Origin: Lytechinus pictus
Taxonomy: Eukaryota
Assembly (NCBI RefSeq): GCF_037042905.1
Contig: NC_087245.1
Coordinates: forward strand, 32,242,001 to 32,306,000
DNA length: 64,000 nt
Direction: 5' to 3'
The translations under genes were made by a program, and so were the position numbers. The notes below the pieces were generated by a model. That model saw only the letters and a list, made by a program, of their open reading frames with translations. It did no database searches and was not told the DNA's origin. Of this stretch, positions 37,891-49,641 are shown one piece after another; positions within the stretch are counted from its first letter, which is position 1, and every line of letters starts with the position of its first letter.

Positions 37891-40800
37891 ATTCAATTTC
37901 AATTCAATTCGTATTTATTTTTCACTTATAAAAAGAAATCAACAAAGTACAAACATATAAACAGATAAGATAGATGACACGAATATACATTAAAATCCAG
38001 TTAACATGAGTGAGGGCAGTGGCAAAAAAAGGACGAGCCTTATAAACGCCAACCCAAGATACTTAATGAAATAAATTGAAATAACACAATTATACTAAAA
38101 ATTAAGAAAACAAAATACCGTACAGACCCTAGACAAAAACAAAACTACGATACAAGAGCCTACAATATTAATGCAAATGATAATGATCCAGTAAAAAAGT
38201 CTTATATTTCTTCTTGAAAACATTTAGAGATTTACTGTTACGAATTTGGCAAGGAATGGAATTCCAAATGACAGAACCCTGATAAAATATTGATTGTTTA
38301 TACAAAGAGGTTTTAAAAAATGGCAAGTGAAAGTTTGATGCATTCCTAGTCATATGCATGTGTATGGAACTATTTGTACAGAAATATTGCAACAGTGTCT
38401 TCGGTAAAACATTATTATGGCAAGAGTACATGAAAATTGCAATGTTGAACTTAAATATATCTTCAAGTTTTAGTACTCTCAAATGACAAAATATTGGTTG
38501 AGTATGGGCAAGGTATAGGGCATGATTTATTATTCGTATTGCTCTTTTTTGTAAAAGAAATAATCTGTTGATATGACATTTGAAAGAATTTCCCCAGACT
38601 GGGTTGCAATAATTTAAATAAGGTAAAATTAAAGTATTATATAAAAGAATTAAAATCTCTCTAGGAAAGCTGCATAATTTGTATAATACACCATCATTTT
38701 TTGCAATCTTGTTACAGATGACACCAACATGTTCACCCCAAGTAAGCTTATTATCAACGGTTACACCCAAGAATGTTAACGAAGACACCTCTTGAATCTG
38801 AATGTTGTTTAATTGAATATTTATATCAATATCATTTCTTTTTTTATTTGAAAAAAAATCATAAAATGTGTTTTGGAGATATTCAAAGTTAACTTGTTTA
38901 TTAAGAACCAGTGGGATATGTTGTGTAGTTCTTTATTGAATACATTTTGTAAAAAATCATGATTTTTATGGGACATGAACATGCTGGTGTCATCTGCAAA
39001 TAAAATACATTTGATAACACTTGATACGTTAGGCAAGTCATTGATATATAGAGTGAATAGAAGTGGTCCTAAAATTGACCCTTGGGGAACCCCACAAGTG
39101 ATTTGTTGAAGTGAAGATTTATTGTTGGCAAGAGTGACATACTGTTTACGATTACAAAGATAACTTTCAAATAACTTAAGAACATTACCACGAATTCCAT
39201 AATGAAACAATTTACGTAATAGTATTATGTGATCCAACGTATCAAAAGCTTTGCTCAGGTCAAGGAAAAGACCTATCATTGTTTCCTTATTATCGAGAGC
39301 ATTTACTACCTTGTGAATAAAATCTATTAATGCTGAAGCAGTGGATTGATTTTTCCTAAAGCCATATTGATTGTCATTTAAAATATTGCACTCAGAAATA
39401 AAATTTAATAAACGGTTGTATATACATCTTTCAAAAACCTTAGAGAAAATTGGTAAAACAGAAATTGGACGATAGTTTTTAAAAATTTCACGGGCTCCAT
39501 TCTTAAACACAGGTACAACCTTGGCTATTTTAAGTTGATCTGGGAAGACTCCCATGGCAAGACAAGCATTAAATATAGAACATAGTGGTTTGCAAATAAT
39601 ATGAACAACTCTCTTAAGAATTTTTATTGTTATTTCATCATATCCAGGACTTGTGTTATTCTTAAACCCACTGACAATTTCTATAATCTCTTTTGATGTA
39701 ATAGGCTGAAAAAATAAAGTTTTGTCGTTCTTTTTTACATAATCCAAAACATCAACACTATTATTGCACTGCCCCAGCTTAGAAACAAGGTTTGGACCTA
39801 TATTGACAAAATACGTGTTAAAACATGCACTCATTGCGATAGCATCTGTAACTTCCTCATTATCATTTAGAAGTGACTTGATGACTTTTCGTTTATTTCG
39901 CTGACCTAGTGCTTTATTAATTATTTTCCATGTATGACGTGAATTACCAGTAGCAGTTTGAAACTTACATTTGTAGTAAGATAATTTTGCAAATTTTATC
40001 ATATTTGTCACCTTATTTCTTATGGTTTTATAAACGCTCTTTCTATATTCAGTAGGATTTTTTTAGGTACTTAACATACATTTTATATTTCTTTTTACAA
40101 AGTTTATGCAATTCCTTGGTAAACCATGGTTTGTATTTCTGATTAATTTTTGCCTTACATGATTTTACAGGAAAATAATTATTATATACATTTAAAAAGG
40201 ATTCTAAAAAAATATCATAACTGACACAAGGACTGGAATCATCATATACCCAGGAGACGTGCTGGATAGCTTGACTGAATCGAATAACATTTCTTTCACT
40301 ATAGTCCCTTATATTGCTGTTTACACATTCACTGGTTTTAACATGTATATTACTGATGGAAAAAATTGGAAAGTGGTTACTTACATCCGACAGCATGAGA
40401 CCAGATAAAATGATGTTATCATCATCGTTTGTTATTATGTTATCTAAAACTGTGGCAGATCGTCCTGTAACACGAGTGGGTTTAAAAATTAATGGATGTA
40501 AAGAGTATGACAAAACAGTGTCAATAAATGTATTTACATATTTAACTTTATTAAAACTTAACAAATCTATATTAAAATCGCCCAACAAACAAATAGTTTT
40601 CTTTTCATTGCACAACGTTTCAAGTATTGTTCTAAGTGAATTTAAAAACATATCAACAGATTGTCCAGGTGGCCTGTAGACTGTAACAAGAACAAATACA
40701 TTATTACACATACTCACTTCAATACATATTGCTTCTATATGTAATCCTTTCACACTTAAGTCTGGTCGACTTTTATATTCAATGTCATTTCTAATAAAAA

Positions 40801-41562
40801 AGCCTACACCACCTTCCCTTTTGCACGTTCTCCCTTGACCAATAAAAGTATAACCGTTAAAATTATATATTGCAGTGAGAGCATTACCTTGTAACCAGGT
40901 TTCAGATAAGCCAATGACTGGGAATTTCAGATCCAAGCAGCTTAAAAATGATATTACATTGTCATAATTTCCTACTAAACTTCTACAATTAATGTGCATA
41001 CATGAAAATAAATCTTTTAAAACAGTATCACTAAAGTTCCGGTTCAAATTCACATTAAAATCATTAGGTGTAAAATATGATTGATTACAGCTGTTAGTGT
41101 TACTATTTGCTGGAGTCAAAATCTCTGACAGAGTATTTACAGAATCATTATCAAAATTTTGAAACAGGCTCGAGACAGATAAAGACATAAAAATGTACAC
41201 TACAAAAACAGCAACACAATATACACAGCTAAAATGTAAAAATCTTACTCTACCGATTTAAAAACACATAAAAATACAAAGTAAACGTATTACACATCAA
41301 AAAACATTAAGCTGCCAGGTTTTAGAATATCTTAAATACACACTATTATTTTTATTGCCTTCCAAAGATGAGAGAGAAGGACAAGAGAAAGAAGGAGGAG
41401 AAAAAGAAGGAAAAGAAAGAAGATGAAGAAGAAGAAGAAGAAGAAAAAAGAAGACGAAGACAAAAAGATAACAATAAGAAAAAAAGCTAACATGCTGTTA
41501 AGTTATTCATTATGTCATTTTACAATTTCCCAAGATCCTCAACACACGTGATCATTTTATTT
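37891..41562 (-). mobile_element. CR1/L2-type non-LTR retrotransposon, 5'-truncated, inserted in the satellite
   Basis: Minus-strand tail aataaa...gaattgaattgaaattgaat, ORF2 remnants, a (TTC)n spacer and a probable ORF1 C-terminal stub. Satellite phase resumes at 41563 with no clear TSD. Confidence 0.9.
38168..41200 (-). pseudogene. Frameshifted LINE ORF2 (APE endonuclease + reverse transcriptase)
   Basis: Three consecutive ORFs carry HINCRSL, LSETWL, GDFN, YRPISVL, DLSKAFD, GVPQGSILGP, FADDT and FLGV. They can be joined by indels in homopolymer runs near 40060 and 38855. Confidence 0.92.
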
Positions 41563-42316
41563 GTTAAGAAAAGAACACTTTTGTCAAGAAGAGCTGAAAT
41601 ACGTTCAGAGAAGGGCACTTTTGTAAAGAAGAATTGAAATACGTCAAGAAATAATACTTTTGAACTAAAAACGTTAAGAAAAGAACACTTTTGTCAAGAG
41701 CTGAAATACGTTCAGAGAAGGGCACTTTTGTAAAGAAGAATTGAAATACGTCAAGAAAACATACTTTTGAACAAAAAACGTTAAGAAAAGAACACTTTTG
41801 TCAAGAAGAGCTGAAATACGTTCAGAGAAGGGCACTTTTGTAAAGAAGAATTGACATACGTTAAGAAAAAATACTTTTGAACTAAAAACGTTAAGAAAAG
41901 AACACTTTTGTCAAGAAGAGCTGAAATACGTTCAGAGAAGGGCACTTTTGTAAAGAAGAATTGAAATACGTCAAGAAAACATACTTTTGAACAAAAAACG
42001 TTAAGAAAAGAACACTTTTGTCAAGAAGAGCTGAAATACGTTCAGAGAAGGGCACTTTTGTAAAGAAGAATTGAAATACGTTAAGAAAAAATACTTTTTA
42101 ACTAAAAACGTTAAGAAAAGAACACTTTTGTCAAAGAAGAGCTGAAATACGTTCAGAGAAGAGCACTACTGTGTTAAAGAAGAGCTGAATATGTCCAGAA
42201 AAGAGCACTTTAGTCAAGAAAAGCTGAAATACGTTCAGAAAAAACCCACTTTTCAACAACAAAAAAAACTTCAGAAAAGAACACATATCTAAAGAAGAGC
42301 AGAAATACGTTCAGAA
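41563..42316 (+). repeat. Satellite block 2 with a 110-bp higher-order repeat
   Basis: 40+40+30-bp subunits. The ttaagaaaag start recurs at 41781, 41891, 42001 and 42111. Confidence 0.95.
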
Positions 42317-42371
42317 TTTTTTATTTATTTTATCCTCTTAATCGAGGTATTTATTCACAATAACAAGAATA

Positions 42372-42429
<58 letters not shown>

Positions 42430-43545
42430 AAAAAAATCTATTCAATAATGCAATAATTTTTAAATATCACATTTTTTCAATTGTCCAAACTTGCTTTTTT
42501 GTTTACATAAACTTTCTTAAAAAATAATCATAGTAAGCTTGAATTCAATCCATAAAGAATTTGCATATTTTTTACAGTTGAATATGGTTTTTATATAATT
42601 TCAATAAATAACAAATTGATTAATAACACAATATAGAGTACACATAAAATGTCTGGAAATTTGCAGATCATAACCTATCAGTAATGTTTTTTCGTCTATA
42701 GAAATAATAATCTTGAAAATATAAAATACCAATCTTTCTATTTTTCAATGTCATCGGAAATATTTACAATACAGTATGAAATGAAAAGTGGTTTCAACTT
42801 CTACACAAATGTTGCATGTGTTGTTATTTACTACATGTCACTTAAATAACTTATCTCTTGAGGGTAAGATCCTGTTTAAAAATTGAAAAATAAATTGTCT
42901 AATTCTGTTATCTACAATTGAATGCAACTTAAAATAAAGTACATGGTTCCAATTAAAGGAAACTGGTAATGAGAAAAGATTTAGACCAAAAAGATAAAAT
43001 GCCTGGTTCTTCAGATACCTCCGCACATAACAATGAATATATCTTTCTTGTAGGTAAAGAATCTAGAGTTATTTTTACTCCACTTTTTAATGAAATTAAA
43101 ATTCGTTCACTTTTTTTTAATCAAGGAGATAATTCTCCTTAAACAACTTATTCAACCAATAAACAGGAATAGATATTTTTTTTATTTAGCCTTCTAAATC
43201 AAATAAAAGATGAGAAGAATAGACAGATTTATTCAAAATATTTGGTGCTAACCACTGACGATTTCTTCTGACATCTTTTACCCAAGTATACCTGCTTGCT
43301 TTCTCAAATACCAACATATTTTTATTAAAAGTTATATTACTGTTATTCCAAATGATTTCATTTTCAATGTTTTTTTTTACTCTAAATATACCAATATATC
43401 TTAACTTAGACCAGCTACAAAGAAAATCATGGTTAAACCTAGGTAGATTTCCTTTTGTACAAAGATAATGCATATCTTTTGTTGATATATTGTATTCAAA
43501 ACATAAAGGAATTTCACCAATCTTTGATAACCAATAATGAAAAAA
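42317..43545 (-). mobile_element. Decayed 3' fragment of an L1/Tx1-like LINE
   Basis: Minus-strand peptides (IENEIIWNNSNI, FNWNHV...IRQFIFQFLNRILPSRDKLF, then CNIC...H...C) resemble an L1-clade ORF2 C-terminal zinc knuckle. An A-rich tail lies at 42317 and a (TA)n tract at 42370-42425. Confidence 0.7.
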
Positions 43546-43584
43546 TAAATGTCCAACTACGTTCGCTTTGTTGGTGTCTCAAAT

Positions 43585-44210
43585 TGTGTAAAGAAGAGCG
43601 GAATTACGTTCGGAAAGGAGCACTTTTGCAAACAGGAGCTGAAATCGCAGAGAAGAACACTTTTATAAAGAAGAGCTGAAATAAGTTCACAGAAGAGCAC
43701 TCTAAGAGTGCTCTTCTGTGAACTTATTTCAGCTCTTCTTTAGACTTGTGAAAAAGAGCTGATCCACGTTCACAGAAGAGCACTTTTATACAGAAGAGCT
43801 GAAACACGTTCAGAGAAGAGCAATTTTTTAAAGAAGAGCTGAAATACGTTCAGAAAACAATGCTTTTGTAAAGAAGAGCTGAAACGCGTTCAGAGAAGAG
43901 CACTTTTGTAATGAAGAGCTGAAATACGTTCAGAAAAAAAACCTTTTCAACTAAAACGTTCAGAAAAGACCACTTTTGTAGAGAGCTGAAAACGTTAAAA
44001 GAAGACAACTTCTGTTAGGAAGAGCTGAAATACGTCCAGAGAAGAGCACTTTTGTAAAAAAAAAAAGAAAAAGAAAGAGCTAAAAAAAACTTAGGAAAAA
44101 AAACTTTTGAACTAAAAACGTTCAGAAAAAAAATCACTTTTGTAAAGAGCTTAAAACGTTCGAAGAAGACAACTTTTGTGAAGAGCATTTTTTTTCTAAA
44201 GAAGAGCTTA
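43585..44210 (+). repeat. Satellite block 3, containing a perfect palindrome
   Basis: Same 40-bp consensus, with an inverted unit at 43705-43742. Confidence 0.9.
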
Positions 44211-47024
44211 TAAATAATTTGGAAAGATAATTGGCAGATTTTTCTTTAAAAAGAGCCTCAGCCCATTATCTTTTTCCAAGAGGAAGCATAACATGTATTT
44301 AAAGAAGGGGTTTTAAGAAATAAAATTACGATTACATATTTTTAAAAAGATCATATGATTATCTTTCGTAAGTCAACTTCGTTCAGCGAAGGGCATGTAG
44401 AATGACGACCAATGACATCAGATAGTCAAAAGGAGAGAGAGAGGGAGATTATTTCATTAAGTGAACAAACTATTAAGAAGGAAATGACTTCAAGCTATTT
44501 AGCAACCAACATATCAACAAAATTAGCAAAGACAAAATTATCACTGAATGTAGCTTTTATTGTTCACAAATGATGACATTGATGCAAGTGATCGCAGTCG
44601 GCAAGTATATGCTTATATCATGTTAATTAATTAGGTGTGAACATTCAAAATATTGGATTAACATGAAAGCAATATGATTAATATTCAATATTGTACGGAT
44701 TAATAGGAAAGCTATACTAATCAACGTTCTACATTTATGGATTAATAAGGAATAATATGATTGACATATGGCTCGAACATAATTTCGATTCATATTATTA
44801 TTTTCAAGGGAATGCAGTATTCTGCAAATAAATCGACCAATGGCACCTTGTTTAATCAGTTATTGATCGTGTGATACTATACACCTTGAAATATGTTTGC
44901 TAATGAATAAATCCAATTTTATCTGGGAATTTCCCTTGTTATGGGTTTTGTTCAAGGATTTAAGTTAGCAAGCTATATTATTAATGTGAAAATTCAAATG
45001 GGACGATGTCATTTATGCAAAATGCATTATGAAAAAAAAAGCAAATGGATATCGTTCCAGCTTCGATGCTATGAAGAAAAAAAAAAAAAGTAAATGCTTA
45101 ATAAAATTGTAATTGCTCAATTTGTTATTCATCAAAATTATAAAAAAGCATATTCAAATGTCAGAAATATTATGCAAATTCTTTATGGGTTGACTTCAAG
45201 CTTACTATACGATTGTTTATTTGGCAAATTCATGTAAAAAAAAAGCAAGTTTGGAAATTGGGGAAAAATGTGATATTCAAAAAAATCTTTGCATTGTTAA
45301 ACTGAACATTAATTTCTATTGCTTGTATACACTATGTATTATGTTAAAGTGAATAAATACCTCGATTTGAGGATAAAAGAAAACATTAAGCGGGCCCCTC
45401 GGTATGCCCTTATGCTCCACTCGATTTGCTCGCTCCGTTGCTGAGGATAAATCTCAAAGGCGGATGTAGGGGGGGGGGGGGGAGCGTTAAAAAGGTATAT
45501 ACATTTCGTAATGAGAGAAAATTGTCCATGAGCAAAGATCAAATATCGACACTATATAGCAACGTTGGAGGAAGAGAGAGAAGTGGGAGGAGAGACTGAG
45601 GAGGGGGGGGGGGGGGGGAGAGGGGGGAGCGAGGGTAGCGGGGTAGAAAAAGATTGGATGATGGTTTGAGGTGGAGAGGATGGGGGAGGCTTGGTTAGAG
45701 CATGGTAGTTGGTACATGGTTAGAGGATTTGTTTTTTCCAGCGAAGTATTGAATACAAGATTAGAAACGGATAACGGATAAATTTAATGGCATTGTTTTG
45801 CGAGTAAGGGGGAGGAGACATGAAGTTTACATTCAGAATTACATATCGTCAATGGCAACACGGAATGCCAGACAATACAAACAATAACACGAAGCGATAA
45901 AAGCCCGCGAACTGAAATGCAATGAAGTCTTCATAAATCAAATCGAGTTCTGTTATGTTCCTCGTAAATCTCCGATCAAAGTCGATCTTCTTCTCCTTGT
46001 TCGTCTATACAGGCCACTACAAAATTATGTTACTGACGCATTTGGTGGACTTGGATCGAAATGATAAACTGCATTTTGTAAAGCATTATTCCTTTACGTC
46101 ATATCAGGCTACATAATTGATTCATACTCTCCTTGTGTTACGAGGAACGGGGAAATAGCGTGGTAACCATGGTTGATAACCAAATGTTATCTACCTGAAC
46201 CAAAAAGAAGTGATCCGATTCTCTTCAAATCGTGAAGATATCGTTCTCTTTCTAATGACATCATTAAGATGTATGCGACTCTCTTACGTACGTCAACTGA
46301 TTTTCAAAAGACAAACTACTAACATGATGCGGTAATATATAATGTGACAGTGATCACTGCAGGTAGGCTACATGTATATTTGTGGTGGTACCAACGGACA
46401 TAAATTGGGGGGGGGGGGGCGCTGGCGCTTGGGGGACTTGGACCCCTCCCCAAAAATATATATATATTTATACATATCACAACCAATAAAAAAAATAATA
46501 AAGCGAATGAACAAGAACGGGGAAAGGGGGTGATCAGAGACACAAAACACAAAAGTCCTTTTATTCCAATCAATATAGGGCCTAATTGAGCATTAACCAC
46601 GGCGTGATCTATTTTAAACGAATAACGATCGAACCTTAGACCTATATACTTTACTGTCTGAAATGAGGTCAGTTATTTTCAAATTTTCCTCTTTTATCGA
46701 GTTTATGGGCGGTTTAAAATGTAAAGGACTCATATTTTTCGGAGTATTTCTAGAATAGGTATTTTGGGGTCAAATCATTCTTTTGTTCAACATCATACTT
46801 TTCATCTGACACCCGAGTCGGCCAATTAAAGCAAATAATTATTAAGCAATAGGCCACTGAGTGGAATATATGTTGACCGAATAACCATCAAACCGTAGAC
46901 TATCTGAAATTCGGTCCAATATTTTCCCATTTTTCCTCGTTTAGAGAAAATTTACGGGTCCAATACTTTTTTTTCTCGAACCCCCGCTTTCACTTGTAAT
47001 TATTTGATCTGAATTATATACAAC

Positions 47025-47639
47025 GGCCCGTATTCTGAACTCGGGTTTAACTTAGACTGTGGCCTAACTCCGTTCCAAAATTATGGGAAGCCAAACATGT
47101 CAAAATTTGTTCACATGATAATGTTTCCTATGTTTAATGTTCTCTTTCCTAATTATTCAATGGTGAAGACAATTATCTTTGATCCTTCCCAAACAGTTAA
47201 GAATGAATTGAGAGTCAAATGAGCTTATACTGCATGTGAACCTGAGTTGTTCAAGATTTATGTCACAATTGGCTATCCATACACTGTTAGAAAATTTATC
47301 CTTAAAATAAAAGAAGTTCCTGCAGCAGAGTCTCGAGAACACCTGTAATCTTACCAGATTGCGTAATCTTACATTATATCATGTAAAATTACAGGGAATT
47401 GGTATTTGGTGTATGGAACCTTACAAATTTCCTTAAATAAAACACAATTTTCCCCTTTTTAAACAGACCTGTTGTGTTAAATTGTAGAAAAATTCCTGTT
47501 TTACGAATTTACAGAATGATTATTTTATTGCTTTCTGCAAAATCTTGTTTTTTTTCTGTAAAATCGGGTTTTTTAACAGTGTAGTTAAACCACAACTTTA
47601 GACCAGAGTCTAAATAAAACCGACTTCAGAAAACGGGCC
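47025..47639. mobile_element. GGCCCGTATTCTGAA-family MITE with a nested element
   Basis: TIRs match 6454-6743. The host sequence is continuous across the insert (ctatccata|gttaaacc). Confidence 0.85.
47282..47581. mobile_element. 300-bp MITE with CACTG termini and TA TSD
   Basis: ta|cactgttagaaaa ... ttttttaacagtg|ta. Confidence 0.85.
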
Positions 47640-49641
47640 AATGAAAACGAGTCTGGATACACACAATAAAAATAACAAAATGTGCAAAATCAGACAAGGT
47701 TGAAAAATATTGCTAATAATGATGCTTATATGGGAAAAAAGGATAAAAGGAAAAGTGTAATAAAGAAAACAAAATTGTCACGTTTCCCATGTGGTGGATG
47801 ATTAAGTCGTCACAATACAAAATTAAACAGGTTATAATGGACAATAAATTGTGTAAATATCTTGGGTAAAGTAGCGTGTAATGTTGTATGACTGGTTTGA
47901 TAAATATCGTTTCGAAGCGTGCGCATCCTTGACCTTCCAATTTCAACCTTAATTTAGCGTGAAAAGGACTAATCGGGGAATAATGAACATCGCTTTCTCT
48001 CGTTATTTTGTTTTTATTTTTCTTGCTTTTTGTTTGCTATTTCTCTTTCTTTTAGCAGTATAGGACACTAAATCAAAGTAACTTCAACCGTATACAATGG
48101 GACCTGGGACGGTTTTGAAAGGGGTGGGGGGGGGGGGCGGCTGACCATGTAAATTAATACATTCAGATGATCATTTCTCCCTTTTTGTACACCTTTATTA
48201 AAAAATGTGTGTATGTGGAGTGTGTTTCATGAGGGGGGGGGGGGCAAAGCCTGTTATACACTCAAGACAAAAAGGTACAGAGGAAAGACATAAGCCTAAA
48301 ATACAATTAACTCCCTTTTTTGTCTAAATGCATTATCTACGCATCTTTGTTATAAATACTGGTTCGTAACAAAGGGGTCGCATTTGGTAGGTGTACCCTC
48401 CTGTATGACTCCGTATACGTCTAGTATTGCAATCCTTTGTTAACTTCGAGTTCTGTAAAAAAAAAAAAATTCAATGTTCTTATTATTTTGTACGAATAAA
48501 TGAAACATTTTTTTCTAATAAAGAAAAAAGGCAAATGGATAATTGAATATTTATCGAAGTTCTTATTACGTGTAAACTATGAGTGCTTACAGATTTCGGT
48601 GTCTGTTGCCCCCCCCATTCATTTTAATGCCCAGAGCCCACCCACCTTTCCTGAAGAGGGAGATATTAATTTCAAAACGGCAAAAATTATGTGGGAGAAC
48701 GTTTAAAAATGCTGAGTGGTATATTGGTATATGTTGAGATGCATATGGAAGAGGGTACATTTCTGTTCATTTTCTGACATAATCATCATCCCCTTAAAAT
48801 TTGAACCGTCTTAGTTGCATGCCTATTTGAAGTTTATTGCTCCTGCACATTCAAATATAGGCTTCAAATTCCCGGCGATTTGAACGTTTGATTCATCACT
48901 TTACCTTGTTTCATTTACAGAAAAAGATCAGAAGTGAATATTGCAAAATGTTATCCAACAGACGACAAACATTTTCGATGAGATATTTCTGGCCTATAAT
49001 CGTTCGGTCGGCCCCGATACACCCATAAAGGTCCATTAAACCCACTCGAAACTATAAAACAACATATTTCAGAATATCGCGACCATAGTAGTAAACAAGT
49101 CAGAATGTGTCCGTACATCATTTTGATGACGATGATGCGAAGAGCAAACACGTACTTTTCAAAACCCCATCTTCAAAATCTCCGTAATTATGACGTAATT
49201 GGGTGATCGCGCGTCACCTTTTTTTTGTAAACATCTGTTTTTTTTTATGAGGATATCTGCATGCCTATCTCCTAGGTAGCCTATTATGTTTTCCAACAAT
49301 CTTCTACAAATATTGTGATGTCTTAACTTGAACTATATAAAGTTCTTCGTTTTTTTTTTTAGGTAAGTGGTACACAATACCGTCGTAAAATTAGGAAAAG
49401 TTAAGCAAATGAAGGGGAGGGGGCAGGCAGCCACATTATTCGCCTCTTTTTGGTTTCCAATTTCACTCTTGGTGTGGGGGGGGGGGGGGGGTGGCTGCGC
49501 CTTATAGCTCCTGGGGAAAATGGACTGACGTCAACCAACTACATATGATGTATACCCGTAGTGCAAAATGTCCAAAATAAGAGTACAAAATAATAATAAT
49601 GAAAATAATAATAACAACAACAACAATAATAATACTGCTAC

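Noticed and set aside
40314..40679. 121-aa plus-strand ORF
   Set aside because: It is the antisense shadow of the LINE ORF2.
37250..44210. CRISPR-like array of ~40-bp repeats
   Set aside because: Units are contiguous with no unique spacers, there are no cas genes, and the context is eukaryotic. It is a satellite.
3293..49533. Three perfect CRE sites (3293, 33636, 49526) as a coordinated set
   Set aside because: About one is expected by chance in 64 kb at this composition, so the excess is too small to interpret.
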